This document shows, in pieces, positions 47,639 to 55,879 of a stretch of 64,000 nucleotides of DNA (position 1 is the first letter of the stretch; the number at the start of each line of letters is the position of its first letter). The DNA comes from an uncultured Alphaproteobacteria bacterium (GTDB lineage: Bacteria > Pseudomonadota > Alphaproteobacteria > Rhizobiales > Xanthobacteraceae). The notes beneath the pieces were generated by a model. It had not been told where the DNA came from. It ran no database searches and worked only from the letters and a program-made list of their open reading frames with translations. A program made the translations under genes and the position numbers. The DNA lies in assembly GCA_963748165.1 (NCBI GenBank), contig CAVVIM010000004.1, positions 1,318 to 65,317 on the forward strand. Direction: 5' to 3'.

Positions 47639-48384
47639 GCTTTCGTCTCCGAGTCGGGCTTTCGGAAGGCGGCTTCTCCAGCGTCGGAAACGTCGACCCA
47701 TTTCGGGTCAGGCGAGGCCTCGGCGTGGTAGTTGTCGTGCCAGTTCCACCACTTGTACGGCGGGGTCTGGGGGTAACCCTCCGGCGAGTCCTCCCAAATC
47801 TCCTGGCGGCCGAGCGGCGTGATATCGAGGTAGCTCCAAATGGTCCCCATCGCCTCGTCACCGCGGCTGTTAATGAGATAGCAGCGGAACACCTTGTCGC
47901 CGTCGTGGAAGAACACATTGTGGCCGTGCCATTCGTCGACGCCGAAGTCGGCGTCGAAGCTGTCGGTGATGCTGTACCAGGGCATCTCCCAGCCCATCCG
48001 CGCCTTCAGGCGCGCGATGTCCGCCTGCGGCGCCCGCGAGGCGTAAGCGAGGGTGGTGTTGCGGGCGTTCAGATGGGCCAGGTGAGCGACCTGGTCGGCC
48101 CCCAGGGAGCAGCCGCGGCAGGCATGCTCGGGCCACCCGAACACCCCCGGCTCGAAGAAGGCGCGGTAGACAATGAGCTGACGGCGGCCCTCGAACAGGT
48201 CGAGCAGGCTCACTTTGCCCTGCGGCCCGCCGAATTCGTACGCCTTCTCCACCGCCATCCACGGCATCCGCCGGCGCTCGGCGGCGAGCGCGTCATGGGC
48301 GCGCATCGCGGCCTTCTCCTTCACAAGCAGTTGGTCGCGCGCAGCCGCCCATTGCTGTGGCGACACGATCGGCGGGGTGTTCAT
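47635..48384 (-). CDS. DUF899 family thioredoxin-like protein
   Basis: SPQQWAAARDQLLVKEKAAMRAHDALAAERRRMPW...YEFGGPQGKVSLLDLFEGRRQLIVY...CRGCS...FHDGDKVFRCY matches the DUF899 pattern as I recall it. ATG at 48384. Confidence 0.8.
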   Translation of the reverse strand: MNTPPIVSPQQWAAARDQLLVKEKAAMRAHDALAAERRRMPWMAVEKAYEFGGPQGKVSLLDLFEGRRQLIVYRAFFEPGVFGWPEHACRGCSLGADQVAHLAHLNARNTTLAYASRAPQADIARLKARMGWEMPWYSITDSFDADFGVDEWHGHNVFFHDGDKVFRCYLINSRGDEAMGTIWSYLDITPLGRQEIWEDSPEGYPQTPPYKWWNWHDNYHAEASPDPKWVDVSDAGEAAFRKPDSETKA

Positions 48385-48674
48385 GGCGAGCGGTCCGCCT
48401 TTCCGGCCGCTGTCAGATGATGTCGACATTGGTGATCTCCTCTGTTCTGTCATTGCTGCTCTCCGTCAGGTTCCCTGGTCGACTGGTCTGGGCCGACGGC
48501 AAGCACCGTCACAACGGCTCCAGCCCATTCGACCATGGCTGTGAGAAACGTTGGGGAAAGGATCGTCCAGTCAACCATGGCTGAGCCTTCTCGCTGCGAC
48601 GCACGGTTTGTCGTCGTGTGATAGATTAGGGCGGGATATCGAACGGTGAGAGTGACAAGTGTGACGGGATTCCA

Positions 48675-49895
48675 ATGGACTCGCTGATCACGGCTGCGGC
48701 GCGTGCGTTGGCGGCAGGCGATCCCCTCGGCGCATTGAAGCGGGTGGCCTTGCGCGACGACGCGCCGGCGCTCGCGCTGCGAGGCATCGCGATGGCGCAG
48801 CTCGGCGATCTCGTTCGAGCAAAGGCGCTGCTGCGAAGAGCTGCGCGCGCGTTCGGTCCGAAAGAGACCGTGGCCCGCGCCAGATGTATTGTCGCCGAGA
48901 CCGAGATCGCCCTGGTGTCGCGCGACCTCACCTGGCCTGCGAAGGCGCTCGACGCAGCGCGGGCGACGCTCGAAGCGCACGGCGATCGCGTCAATGGCGC
49001 GCATGCGCGCAATCTTGAGGTCCGGCGCCTGCTGCTGATCGGGCACCTCGACGAGGCGGAACGCGCGCTCGCCGGGCTTGATCCCGCGCCCTTCCCGCCC
49101 GCGTCGCGGGCCGCCCACGAACTGGTCGTTGCCGGGATCGCGATGCGGCGCCTCCGGACCAGAACGGCGCGCGACGCGCTGGCGCGGGCCGAGCGCGCGG
49201 CGCGGGCCGCGGATATCCCTGCGCTGAGAGCGGAGGTCGAAAGCGCATTCCTCGTCCTGAACACGCCGGCGGCGCGCCTGATTGCGCGTGGCGAGCAACG
49301 ACTGCTGCTGCTCGAGGATGTTGAAGCGCTGCTGGCGTCGAACACGCTCGTGGTGGACGCGTGCCGTTATGTCGTGCGCGATGCACGCACGGTGGTTTCG
49401 CTGGCGACCCGGCCGGTATTGTTCGCGCTGGCACGCACGCTGGCCGAAGCCTGGCCGGCGGACGTGCCGAGGAGCACGCTTGTCGCCCGCGCCTTCCGGG
49501 GGAAGCACGCCGATGAATCGCATCGCGCCCGGTTGCGGGTCGAGATCGGGCGGCTTCGCGCGCAGCTTCGGGCGCTGGCCGACGTGAACGCGACCAAGCG
49601 AGGCTTTGCGCTGGCACCGCGCCACCGCTGCGAGGTCGTCGTGCTGACGCCGCCGGTCGAAGAGCAGCACGCCACGGTGCTCGCCTTCCTCGCCGACGGC
49701 GAGTCGTGGTCGAGCTCGGCGCTGGCGCTGGCGCTGGGAGCGAGCCCGCGCACCGTGCAGCGGGCGCTCGATTGGCTTGCCAGCGCCGGCAAGGTGCAGT
49801 CGCTCGGCCGCGGGCGGGCGCGTCGCTGGATAACCCCGCCGGGCCCGGGATTCACGACAACCTTGTTACTCCCAGGTCCACTGCCGAGCGACTAA
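48675..49895 (+). CDS. putative transcriptional regulator (helical repeat N-terminal half, OmpR-like winged helix, C-terminal HTH)
   Basis: 406 aa. ATRPVLFALARTLAEAWPADVPRSTLVARAFRGKHADESHRARLRVEIGRLRAQL resembles a trans_reg_C-type wHTH. The C-terminal SSSALALALGASPRTVQRALDWLASAGKV resembles an HTH. Confidence 0.6.
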   Translation: MDSLITAAARALAAGDPLGALKRVALRDDAPALALRGIAMAQLGDLVRAKALLRRAARAFGPKETVARARCIVAETEIALVSRDLTWPAKALDAARATLEAHGDRVNGAHARNLEVRRLLLIGHLDEAERALAGLDPAPFPPASRAAHELVVAGIAMRRLRTRTARDALARAERAARAADIPALRAEVESAFLVLNTPAARLIARGEQRLLLLEDVEALLASNTLVVDACRYVVRDARTVVSLATRPVLFALARTLAEAWPADVPRSTLVARAFRGKHADESHRARLRVEIGRLRAQLRALADVNATKRGFALAPRHRCEVVVLTPPVEEQHATVLAFLADGESWSSSALALALGASPRTVQRALDWLASAGKVQSLGRGRARRWITPPGPGFTTTLLLPGPLPSD

Positions 49896-49975
49896 AGCCT
49901 GTTCGGTCCTGACTGAATCAGAACCGGGCTTTGGCTTGCTGTTTTGACACGTTTTCTTCGCGCGAACCGGGACCC
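49895..49975. repeat. intergenic repeat family B copy 3
   Basis: AAAGCCTGTTCGGTCCTGACTGAATCAGAACCGGGCTTTGGCTTGCTGTTTTGACACGTTTTCTTCGCGCGAACCGGGACCC. Confidence 0.85.
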
Positions 49976-49993
49976 AGTTTATAGGATGCACGC

Positions 49994-50719
49994 ATGAAAC
50001 GTTCCGCCGCCGAAATCCTCCGTGAATACGGCCCCTTTCCCGGGGCCGACCGCGTCAATGGGGTGACGTTTGATGGTCAACACGTCTGGTTTGCCAGCGG
50101 AGCACAGCTCAAGGCGTTCGATCCCGAAAGTGGAAACGCGCTGCGCTCGATCGATGTCGCCGCGCATGCGGGAACGGCGTTCGACGGCCGGCATTTGTAT
50201 CAGATCGCCGAGGATCGCATCCACAAGATCGATCCGAACACCGGCCATGTGCTGGCGACGATCCCCGCGCCCGGCGGCGGCGGCGATTCGGGGCTCGCAT
50301 GGGCCGAAGGAACGCTGTGGGTGGGACAGGGGCGGGGCCGCAAGATTTATCAAATCGATCCGCAAACGGGGGCGATCCTTCGGACCATCGAGTCCGACCG
50401 CGTCGTCACCGGGGTGACCTGGGTCGACGGCGAGCTGTGGCACGGCACCTGGGAAGGTGACGAGAGCGATTTGAGACGACTCGATCCTGCAACGGGGGAG
50501 GCCCTCGAGAGGCTCGAGATGCCCCCTGGAATGGGCGTGTCGGGACTGGAGTCCGATGGCGGCGATCAGTTCTTCTGCGGAGGCGGAAGCAGCGGTAAGG
50601 TCCGGGCCGTCCGCCGGCCCAGGCGCGGCACTGCCACCGGCCGTCGCTCCGAGACCACGGTCGAATCCAGCCGCAAGTCGTCGACGCGGTCGTCACGGGA
50701 GGCAAGCCGGGGAGATTGA
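49994..50719 (+). CDS. glutamine-cyclotransferase-like beta-propeller protein
   Basis: A repeated blade-like pattern is visible (GVTFDGQHVWF; GTAFDGRHLYQI; GLAWAEGTLWVG; GVTWVDGELWHGTW). The basic Ser/Arg-rich tail after ...KVRAVRRP is unusual. No signal peptide was seen. Confidence 0.6.
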   Translation: MKRSAAEILREYGPFPGADRVNGVTFDGQHVWFASGAQLKAFDPESGNALRSIDVAAHAGTAFDGRHLYQIAEDRIHKIDPNTGHVLATIPAPGGGGDSGLAWAEGTLWVGQGRGRKIYQIDPQTGAILRTIESDRVVTGVTWVDGELWHGTWEGDESDLRRLDPATGEALERLEMPPGMGVSGLESDGGDQFFCGGGSSGKVRAVRRPRRGTATGRRSETTVESSRKSSTRSSREASRGD

Positions 50720-50768
50720 CCATCCTCTGGATCGACGCGCGGGAGTTTCCGCGCACCGCATCCGAACT

Positions 50769-53060
50769 CTATCGCTCGTTCCCGGCGAATTGGGGTAGCG
50801 CTTCGCGGACCCGCATGATCACGCTGCCCCACTCCCGCATCTCGCACTGCCGAAACAACCGCGCGCTTGGGTACCAGGGGCTGTCGTCCCGGTCGAGCAG
50901 CCAGCGCCAATCGGGAGCGTGGGTCAACAGGATCCAGACCGGCTTCCCCAGAGCGCCGGCGAGATGCGCGACGCTGGTGTCAACGGATATGACGAGATCG
51001 AGCTGCGATACCAGCGCGGCCGTGTCGGAAAAGTCGCCGAGTTCGTTGCCGAACTGGGCCACATCGCAGCTCTGCAGTGTCTCGATATCGCCCGAGCGCA
51101 CCTCCTTTTGCAGGCTTACAAAGGTCGCGTCGGCGTCCAAAAGCGGCAGGAGATCGCACAGCCTGATCGACCGCTCCCGATCCCTGGCATGTTTGGTATT
51201 GCCGGCCCACGCAAGCCCAATTTTCAAGGAGCGTTTCCCAGGCAGCGCGGCCCAATGTTCCTGGGCTGGCTTTGGCACGCGCAGATAAGGCGTGCGCGAG
51301 GGAATCGTCTGCAGACGGGTCCTGAATGCCAGCGGCAGGCTGGGAAGGGGGCATTGGAAGTCGACATCCGGCAGCGGATCGCCCTTGGCGATCACCTGCG
51401 TCGTGCCGGCAAGACCGCGCATAAGCTCGCGGAGCGGCTCTTCGACTTCCAGAATGACGCGTGCGCCACGCTCCGCGACCAGTGGTACGTAGCGGCAGAA
51501 TTGAATCGTGTCGCCAAATCCCTGTTCGCTGTGGAGCAGAATTGTCTTGCCGGAGATAGACTCATCTCCGAGCCAGCGCGGCTGCGGAAGATCGCGCTCG
51601 GTGATTCTTGCGGCTGGAGCCCTGCGGCGCCACTCATATTCGATCCAGCCACGATCGAAGTCGCCGGTGACAAGGTTCGACAGGCCCTTGAAAAAATGCG
51701 CGTCGGCACAGTCAGGGCGCAGCGCAATCGCGCGGTCGTAACTCGCCGAAGCCTCATCGAACCGCTTCAGATCATGCAGCGTGACACCACGATCGGTAAG
51801 TGCCTTGACATGATCGCGCTCGAAGCCAAGCGCAGCATCGTGGCTTGCCAGCGCTTCCTCGAGTTGCCGCAGCTTGTGCAAGGTTACGCCGCGATTGTTG
51901 AGCACGGCGGCGTCGCCTGGCCGCACGGCGATGGCATGTTCGTGATCCGCCAACGCCTCGTCGTATCGCGCGAGATCACACAATGCGACGCCGCGATTGG
52001 TAAGTGCCTCGACATTGTCCGGTTCCAGGCCAAGCGCCCGCTCAAAGCTTCCCAGCGCCTCGTCGGATCGCCCCAGTTCATGCAGCGTGGCGCCGCGATT
52101 GACGAAAGCCAGGGGGCAATCCGGATATAGCGCGATGGCGCGGTCGTAGCTCTTCAGTGCTTCATCGAATTTCCTCTGGTCGTGCAGCGTGGCGCCGCGA
52201 CCGGCGAGCGCCTCAGGACAATCCGGGCGCAGGCCCAGCGCATCATCGTAACTCGCCAGCGCGTCATCGAACCGCCGGAGCTTGCGCAGAATCATGCCAC
52301 GATTGCAGAGCGCATCGACGTGGTGCGGCTGCAGATCAAGCGCGCCGTCGTAGCTGGCCAATGCCTGTTCGCGGCGTCCCAGTTGGTCCAGCGTGTTTCC
52401 GCGATTGTTGAGCGCATCGGCGTTGTCGGGCCGTAGCGCGATGGCGCGATCGTAGTCTGCGAGCGCATCGTGGAATTGCCTCAGCTCGTGGCGGGCGATG
52501 CCGCGATTGACCAGCGCCTCGACAAAGTCGGGATTGAAGGCGAGCGCATCGTCGTAGCTTTTCAGCGCTTCGGTGTGCCGCCGCAACGCCTGCAGGGTTA
52601 CGCCGCGATTGTTGAGCGCCTCCGGATAGTCCGGCCGGAGGGCGAGCACATGCTCATAGCCGGCCAGCGCCTCGCAGGGTCGGCCGAGTTCCTGCAGCAC
52701 GCCTGCGCGATTGTTGAGCACTTCGACCTGGTCCGGTCCAAGGGCGAGCGCACGGTCATAGCTTTCCAGAGCCTCGTGATACCGCCTCATCGCCTTCAGC
52801 ACCGCACCGCGGTTATTCAGCGCCTGGATAAAGTCCGGCTGCCGTGAGAGCGCGCGATCAAAGTTGGAAAGCGCCGCGTCGTTGTTGCCGAGCGACGTGT
52901 TGATGACCGCCAGCAGGTTCAGCGTGGCAACGGAATCGGCATCGCCGGATAGTATTCTAAGGCAGACTTGTTCAGCTTCCGCGAGCTTTCCTGCGCAATA
53001 GAATTTCAGGGCGACATCGAAGGCTTGCGATAGCGTCAGTGCGACCGTCGTCATTCCCAT
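50769..53060 (-). CDS. TPR-repeat protein fused to a GT9-like (heptosyltransferase-fold) glycosyltransferase domain
   Basis: 763 aa. It carries a long regular array of 34-residue repeats (...EALxSYDRALALxPDxxEALNNRGxxL...). The C-terminal domain has GKTILLHSEQGFGDTIQFCRYVPL and ISVDTSVAHLAGALGKPVWILL motifs. Confidence 0.85.
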   Translation of the reverse strand: MGMTTVALTLSQAFDVALKFYCAGKLAEAEQVCLRILSGDADSVATLNLLAVINTSLGNNDAALSNFDRALSRQPDFIQALNNRGAVLKAMRRYHEALESYDRALALGPDQVEVLNNRAGVLQELGRPCEALAGYEHVLALRPDYPEALNNRGVTLQALRRHTEALKSYDDALAFNPDFVEALVNRGIARHELRQFHDALADYDRAIALRPDNADALNNRGNTLDQLGRREQALASYDGALDLQPHHVDALCNRGMILRKLRRFDDALASYDDALGLRPDCPEALAGRGATLHDQRKFDEALKSYDRAIALYPDCPLAFVNRGATLHELGRSDEALGSFERALGLEPDNVEALTNRGVALCDLARYDEALADHEHAIAVRPGDAAVLNNRGVTLHKLRQLEEALASHDAALGFERDHVKALTDRGVTLHDLKRFDEASASYDRAIALRPDCADAHFFKGLSNLVTGDFDRGWIEYEWRRRAPAARITERDLPQPRWLGDESISGKTILLHSEQGFGDTIQFCRYVPLVAERGARVILEVEEPLRELMRGLAGTTQVIAKGDPLPDVDFQCPLPSLPLAFRTRLQTIPSRTPYLRVPKPAQEHWAALPGKRSLKIGLAWAGNTKHARDRERSIRLCDLLPLLDADATFVSLQKEVRSGDIETLQSCDVAQFGNELGDFSDTAALVSQLDLVISVDTSVAHLAGALGKPVWILLTHAPDWRWLLDRDDSPWYPSARLFRQCEMREWGSVIMRVREALPQFAGNER

Positions 53061-53235
53061 GCGCCTTCACTTGGCGAAGGCGATCCCGGTGGCCGGATGC
53101 AACTCGTCGCAGCGCCAGGCAAACGCGGATCGCCATCGCGAATGCCCGCGAAGCCGAACGACGTTGCTTTATCTGACTCGGCTGGATTCTGGCCAGCCCG
53201 AAACCTGGCGCCGGGAATGCGGACTCGCCAGACCC

Positions 53236-53295
53236 CGTTCGGTTCCGATTGAATCAGAGCCGGGCTGGTTTCTTGTTTTGACGCGTCTTCGCCAA
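53236..53295. repeat. intergenic repeat family B copy 4 (truncated)
   Basis: CCGTTCGGTTCCGATTGAATCAGAGCCGGGCTGGTTTCTTGTTTTGACGCGTCTTCGCC. Confidence 0.75.
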
Positions 53296-53359
53296 CAGCC
53301 ATCCGCTGGTGGCAACGACCACCAGCGGGAGCTGACGTGAGCGCGCGGCGGCGCGCGGA

Positions 53360-53929
53360 TCAGGCGGCCTTGGCTTTGGATTTCGCCACATGGGTGGCGA
53401 TCGCATCCATCAGCGCCGGCGACAGGCAGTCATAGGGCTCAAGCCCGAGTTCCCTGAGCCGGGTCCGGATCCCGCCCATCGCGGACGGCTCGACCCCGGA
53501 CTCGATCACCGAGGACACGAACGCGGCAAAGCCCGGCGCCGCCGAGCCGGCTTCGGTGAACAGTTCGGGATGGATGAAATCCAGCCCGTAGAACGGATGC
53601 GCCTTGTTCTCGATGCGGCCGAACATATGGGTTCCGCACACCTTGCAGGCGTGGCGCTGGATCGCCGCCGAGGCGTCGACGACGTGCAGCTTGTCGCCGT
53701 TCTCGAGCACGCTCACGCTGTCGCGCGGAACCACCGCGACCACCGAAAAGATGGCGCCGTCCGGTTTCCAGCATTTGGTGCAGCCGCAGGCATGGTTGTG
53801 GGCGACGTCGCCCTTGATGCCGACCTTGACCGGCTTGTCCTTGCACTTGCAGACCAGCGTGCCGCCGGCAAAGCTGCCCGAACCCTTCTTCACTCCCTGG
53901 TCAACCGATGGGTGGATATGAACAGTCAT
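53360..53929 (-). CDS. gfa: S-(hydroxymethyl)glutathione synthase (glutathione-dependent formaldehyde-activating enzyme)
   Basis: [24 protein letters not shown]...[19 protein letters not shown]...[34 protein letters not shown]...[47 protein letters not shown] is near-colinear with Paracoccus Gfa. AAGGAGGA precedes the ATG at 53929. Confidence 0.93.
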   Translation of the reverse strand: MTVHIHPSVDQGVKKGSGSFAGGTLVCKCKDKPVKVGIKGDVAHNHACGCTKCWKPDGAIFSVVAVVPRDSVSVLENGDKLHVVDASAAIQRHACKVCGTHMFGRIENKAHPFYGLDFIHPELFTEAGSAAPGFAAFVSSVIESGVEPSAMGGIRTRLRELGLEPYDCLSPALMDAIATHVAKSKAKAA

Positions 53930-53981
53930 AGGCCTATCCTCCTTGGTGTTTGACGTTTTTGATTGCAACGACGCGCTTGCT

Positions 53982-55091
53982 CTAGAATACCACAACCGAA
54001 CGGATCGACTTGCCTTCGTGCATCAGCTCGAAGCCCCGGTTGATCTCCTCCAGCTTGAGAACGTGGGTGATCATCGGGTCGATCTGGATCTTGCCGTTCA
54101 TGTACCAGTCGACGATCTTGGGCACATCGGTACGGCCGCGGGCGCCGCCGAACGCGGTGCCCTTCCAGACCCGCCCGGTCACGAGCTGGAACGGCCGGGT
54201 GGCGATCTCCTTGCCGGCTTCCGCCACCCCGATCACCACCGATACCCCCCAGCCGCGATGACAGGCTTCCAGCGCCTGGCGCATCACGTGGGTGTTGCCG
54301 GTGCAGTCGAAGGTGAAGTCGGCGCCGCCGTCGGTCAGCGTCACCAGATGCGCGACGATGTCGCCGCCGAGCTTCGTCGGGTTGACGAAATGCGTCATGC
54401 CGAACTTGCGGCCCCAGGCCTCCTTGGAATCGTTGAGGTCGACGCCGATGATCTTGTCGGCGCCCACCATCCTCGCACCCTGAATGACATTGAGCCCGAT
54501 GCCGCCGAGGCCGAACACCACCACATTGGCGCCCGGCGTCACCTTGGCGGTGTTGACCACCGCGCCGACCCCCGTGGTCACGCCGCAGCCGATGTAACAG
54601 CTCTTGTCGAACGGCGCGTCCTGCCGGATTTTCGCCACCGCGATCTCCGGCAGCACGGTAAAATTCGAAAACGTCGAGCAGCCCATGTAATGGAAGATGG
54701 TCTTGCCCTTGTGGCTGAAGCGCGAACTGCCGTCCGGCATCACGCCCTTGCCCTGGGTGGCGCGGATCGCGGTGCACAGATTGGTCTTCTGGCTGAGGCA
54801 GCTTTTGCACTGCCGGCATTCCGGCGTGTACAGCGGGATCACATGGTCGCCGGGCTTCACCGACGTGACCCCCGCGCCCACCTCGCGGACAATGCCGGCG
54901 CCCTCGTGCCCGAGGATCGAGGGGAAAATTCCCTCGCTGTCGAAGCCATCCAGCGTGTAGGCGTCGGTATGGCAAATGCCCGTCGCCCTGATCTCGACCA
55001 GCACCTCGCCGGCTCTCGGACCCTCCAGATCAAGCTCGACAATCTCAAGCGGCTTCTTCGCCTCGAACGCAACGGCGGCGCGTGTCTTCAT
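53982..55091 (-). CDS. frmA: S-(hydroxymethyl)glutathione dehydrogenase / class III alcohol dehydrogenase
   Basis: [68 protein letters not shown]...[15 protein letters not shown]...[15 protein letters not shown] are class III ADH hallmarks. Confidence 0.93.
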   Translation of the reverse strand: MKTRAAVAFEAKKPLEIVELDLEGPRAGEVLVEIRATGICHTDAYTLDGFDSEGIFPSILGHEGAGIVREVGAGVTSVKPGDHVIPLYTPECRQCKSCLSQKTNLCTAIRATQGKGVMPDGSSRFSHKGKTIFHYMGCSTFSNFTVLPEIAVAKIRQDAPFDKSCYIGCGVTTGVGAVVNTAKVTPGANVVVFGLGGIGLNVIQGARMVGADKIIGVDLNDSKEAWGRKFGMTHFVNPTKLGGDIVAHLVTLTDGGADFTFDCTGNTHVMRQALEACHRGWGVSVVIGVAEAGKEIATRPFQLVTGRVWKGTAFGGARGRTDVPKIVDWYMNGKIQIDPMITHVLKLEEINRGFELMHEGKSIRSVVVF

Positions 55092-55169
55092 CTTGCACTC
55101 CTGTTGCGCACTTCAACACCACCAAACAAGGTCCTCACCCGCGCGCTCATCGCCGACTTTCCCACGCCG

Positions 55170-55709
55170 TCATTTGATACCTGTGCAACTGGTCTCGGCC
55201 TGTGCGGCGGCTTCGGGCTTGTCTTCATGGCTGGGCGGTCGGCCGCCCGGAATGGCATTGTTGGCGCGGGCGCGCAGGTAGACGTAGATGTCGTCGAGAT
55301 AGCACATCACATTGACGTTGGTGGCGAAGGACGGCATCACCTTGTCATTGGCGGCATCGACATTCTTGCGGCCGTTGGTGACGACATTGACGAAGTCCGA
55401 ATAGTTCAGCGTCTTGAGCGATTTGGCCAGCGCCGGCGCATAGCTCGAGCCCTCGCCATTGGGGCCATGGCAGACATGGCAGTCCGAATGATAGCGGCGA
55501 AAGCCGGAGAAGGTGTACCAGTCGACGGTGCCGTCCGGGCTGATCTTGTAGGTCGGGTTGCCATCCTTATCGACATATTTGCCGTTGTCGGAGGAGGCGA
55601 CCGCCGGATCGCCCGGCGCCTCGGCACCGGCGGCTCCGGCCGCGGCGAGGCTCGCCAGCACGGCGAGCGCGAATTTCCAGGCCGCGAATTTCCAGGATGT
55701 GAGCTTCAC
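55170..55709 (-). CDS. mono-haem c-type cytochrome, XoxG/cytochrome cL-like partner of the PQQ dehydrogenase
   Basis: Signal peptide VKLTSWKFAAWKFALAVLASLAAAGAAGA. Single CxxCH site (SDCHVCHG). GTG at 55709 follows AAGGA. It lies downstream of xoxF. Confidence 0.8.
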   Translation of the reverse strand: MKLTSWKFAAWKFALAVLASLAAAGAAGAEAPGDPAVASSDNGKYVDKDGNPTYKISPDGTVDWYTFSGFRRYHSDCHVCHGPNGEGSSYAPALAKSLKTLNYSDFVNVVTNGRKNVDAANDKVMPSFATNVNVMCYLDDIYVYLRARANNAIPGGRPPSHEDKPEAAAQAETSCTGIK

Positions 55710-55751
55710 GAAGACTGTCCTTGTGGCGCGGTGCCGCGTCGAAACGTGGCG

Positions 55752-55821
55752 CACTGCAACAAAACCGGCGAAACAAAGTCGGCGAAACAAAGCCGGTGCA
55801 ACAAAGTCGGCGAAACAAAAT
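55752..55821. repeat. five tandem copies of a 14-bp unit (CGGCGAAACAAAGT-like) in the xoxF-cytochrome c spacer
   Basis: Units start at 55752, 55766, 55780, 55794 and 55808: CACTGCAACAAAAC, CGGCGAAACAAAGT, CGGCGAAACAAAGC, CGGTGCAACAAAGT, CGGCGAAACAAAAT. Confidence 0.85.
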
Positions 55822-55849
55822 CGGCGCGCGGCAAGCCAGCAGCGCGCCG
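55808..55849 (-). terminator. intrinsic terminator/attenuator between xoxF and the cytochrome c gene
   Basis: On the minus strand CGGCGCGC-(12-nt loop)-GCGCGCCG is followed by ATTTTGTTTCG. It starts 30 nt after the xoxF stop. Confidence 0.5.
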
Positions 55850-55879
55850 ATTGACGTTGATCCCGGCGTCGTGCCGCTC

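Noticed and set aside
48450-49670. 406-aa minus-strand ORF mirroring the regulator gene 48675..49895
   Set aside because: It has the same length as the plus-strand ORF, but its product is Arg/Gln/Pro-rich with no motif. The plus-strand product has winged-helix and HTH-like segments.
55752-55821. Tandem 14-bp repeats considered as a possible CRISPR array
   Set aside because: The units are contiguous with no spacers and far shorter than CRISPR repeats, and no cas genes are present.
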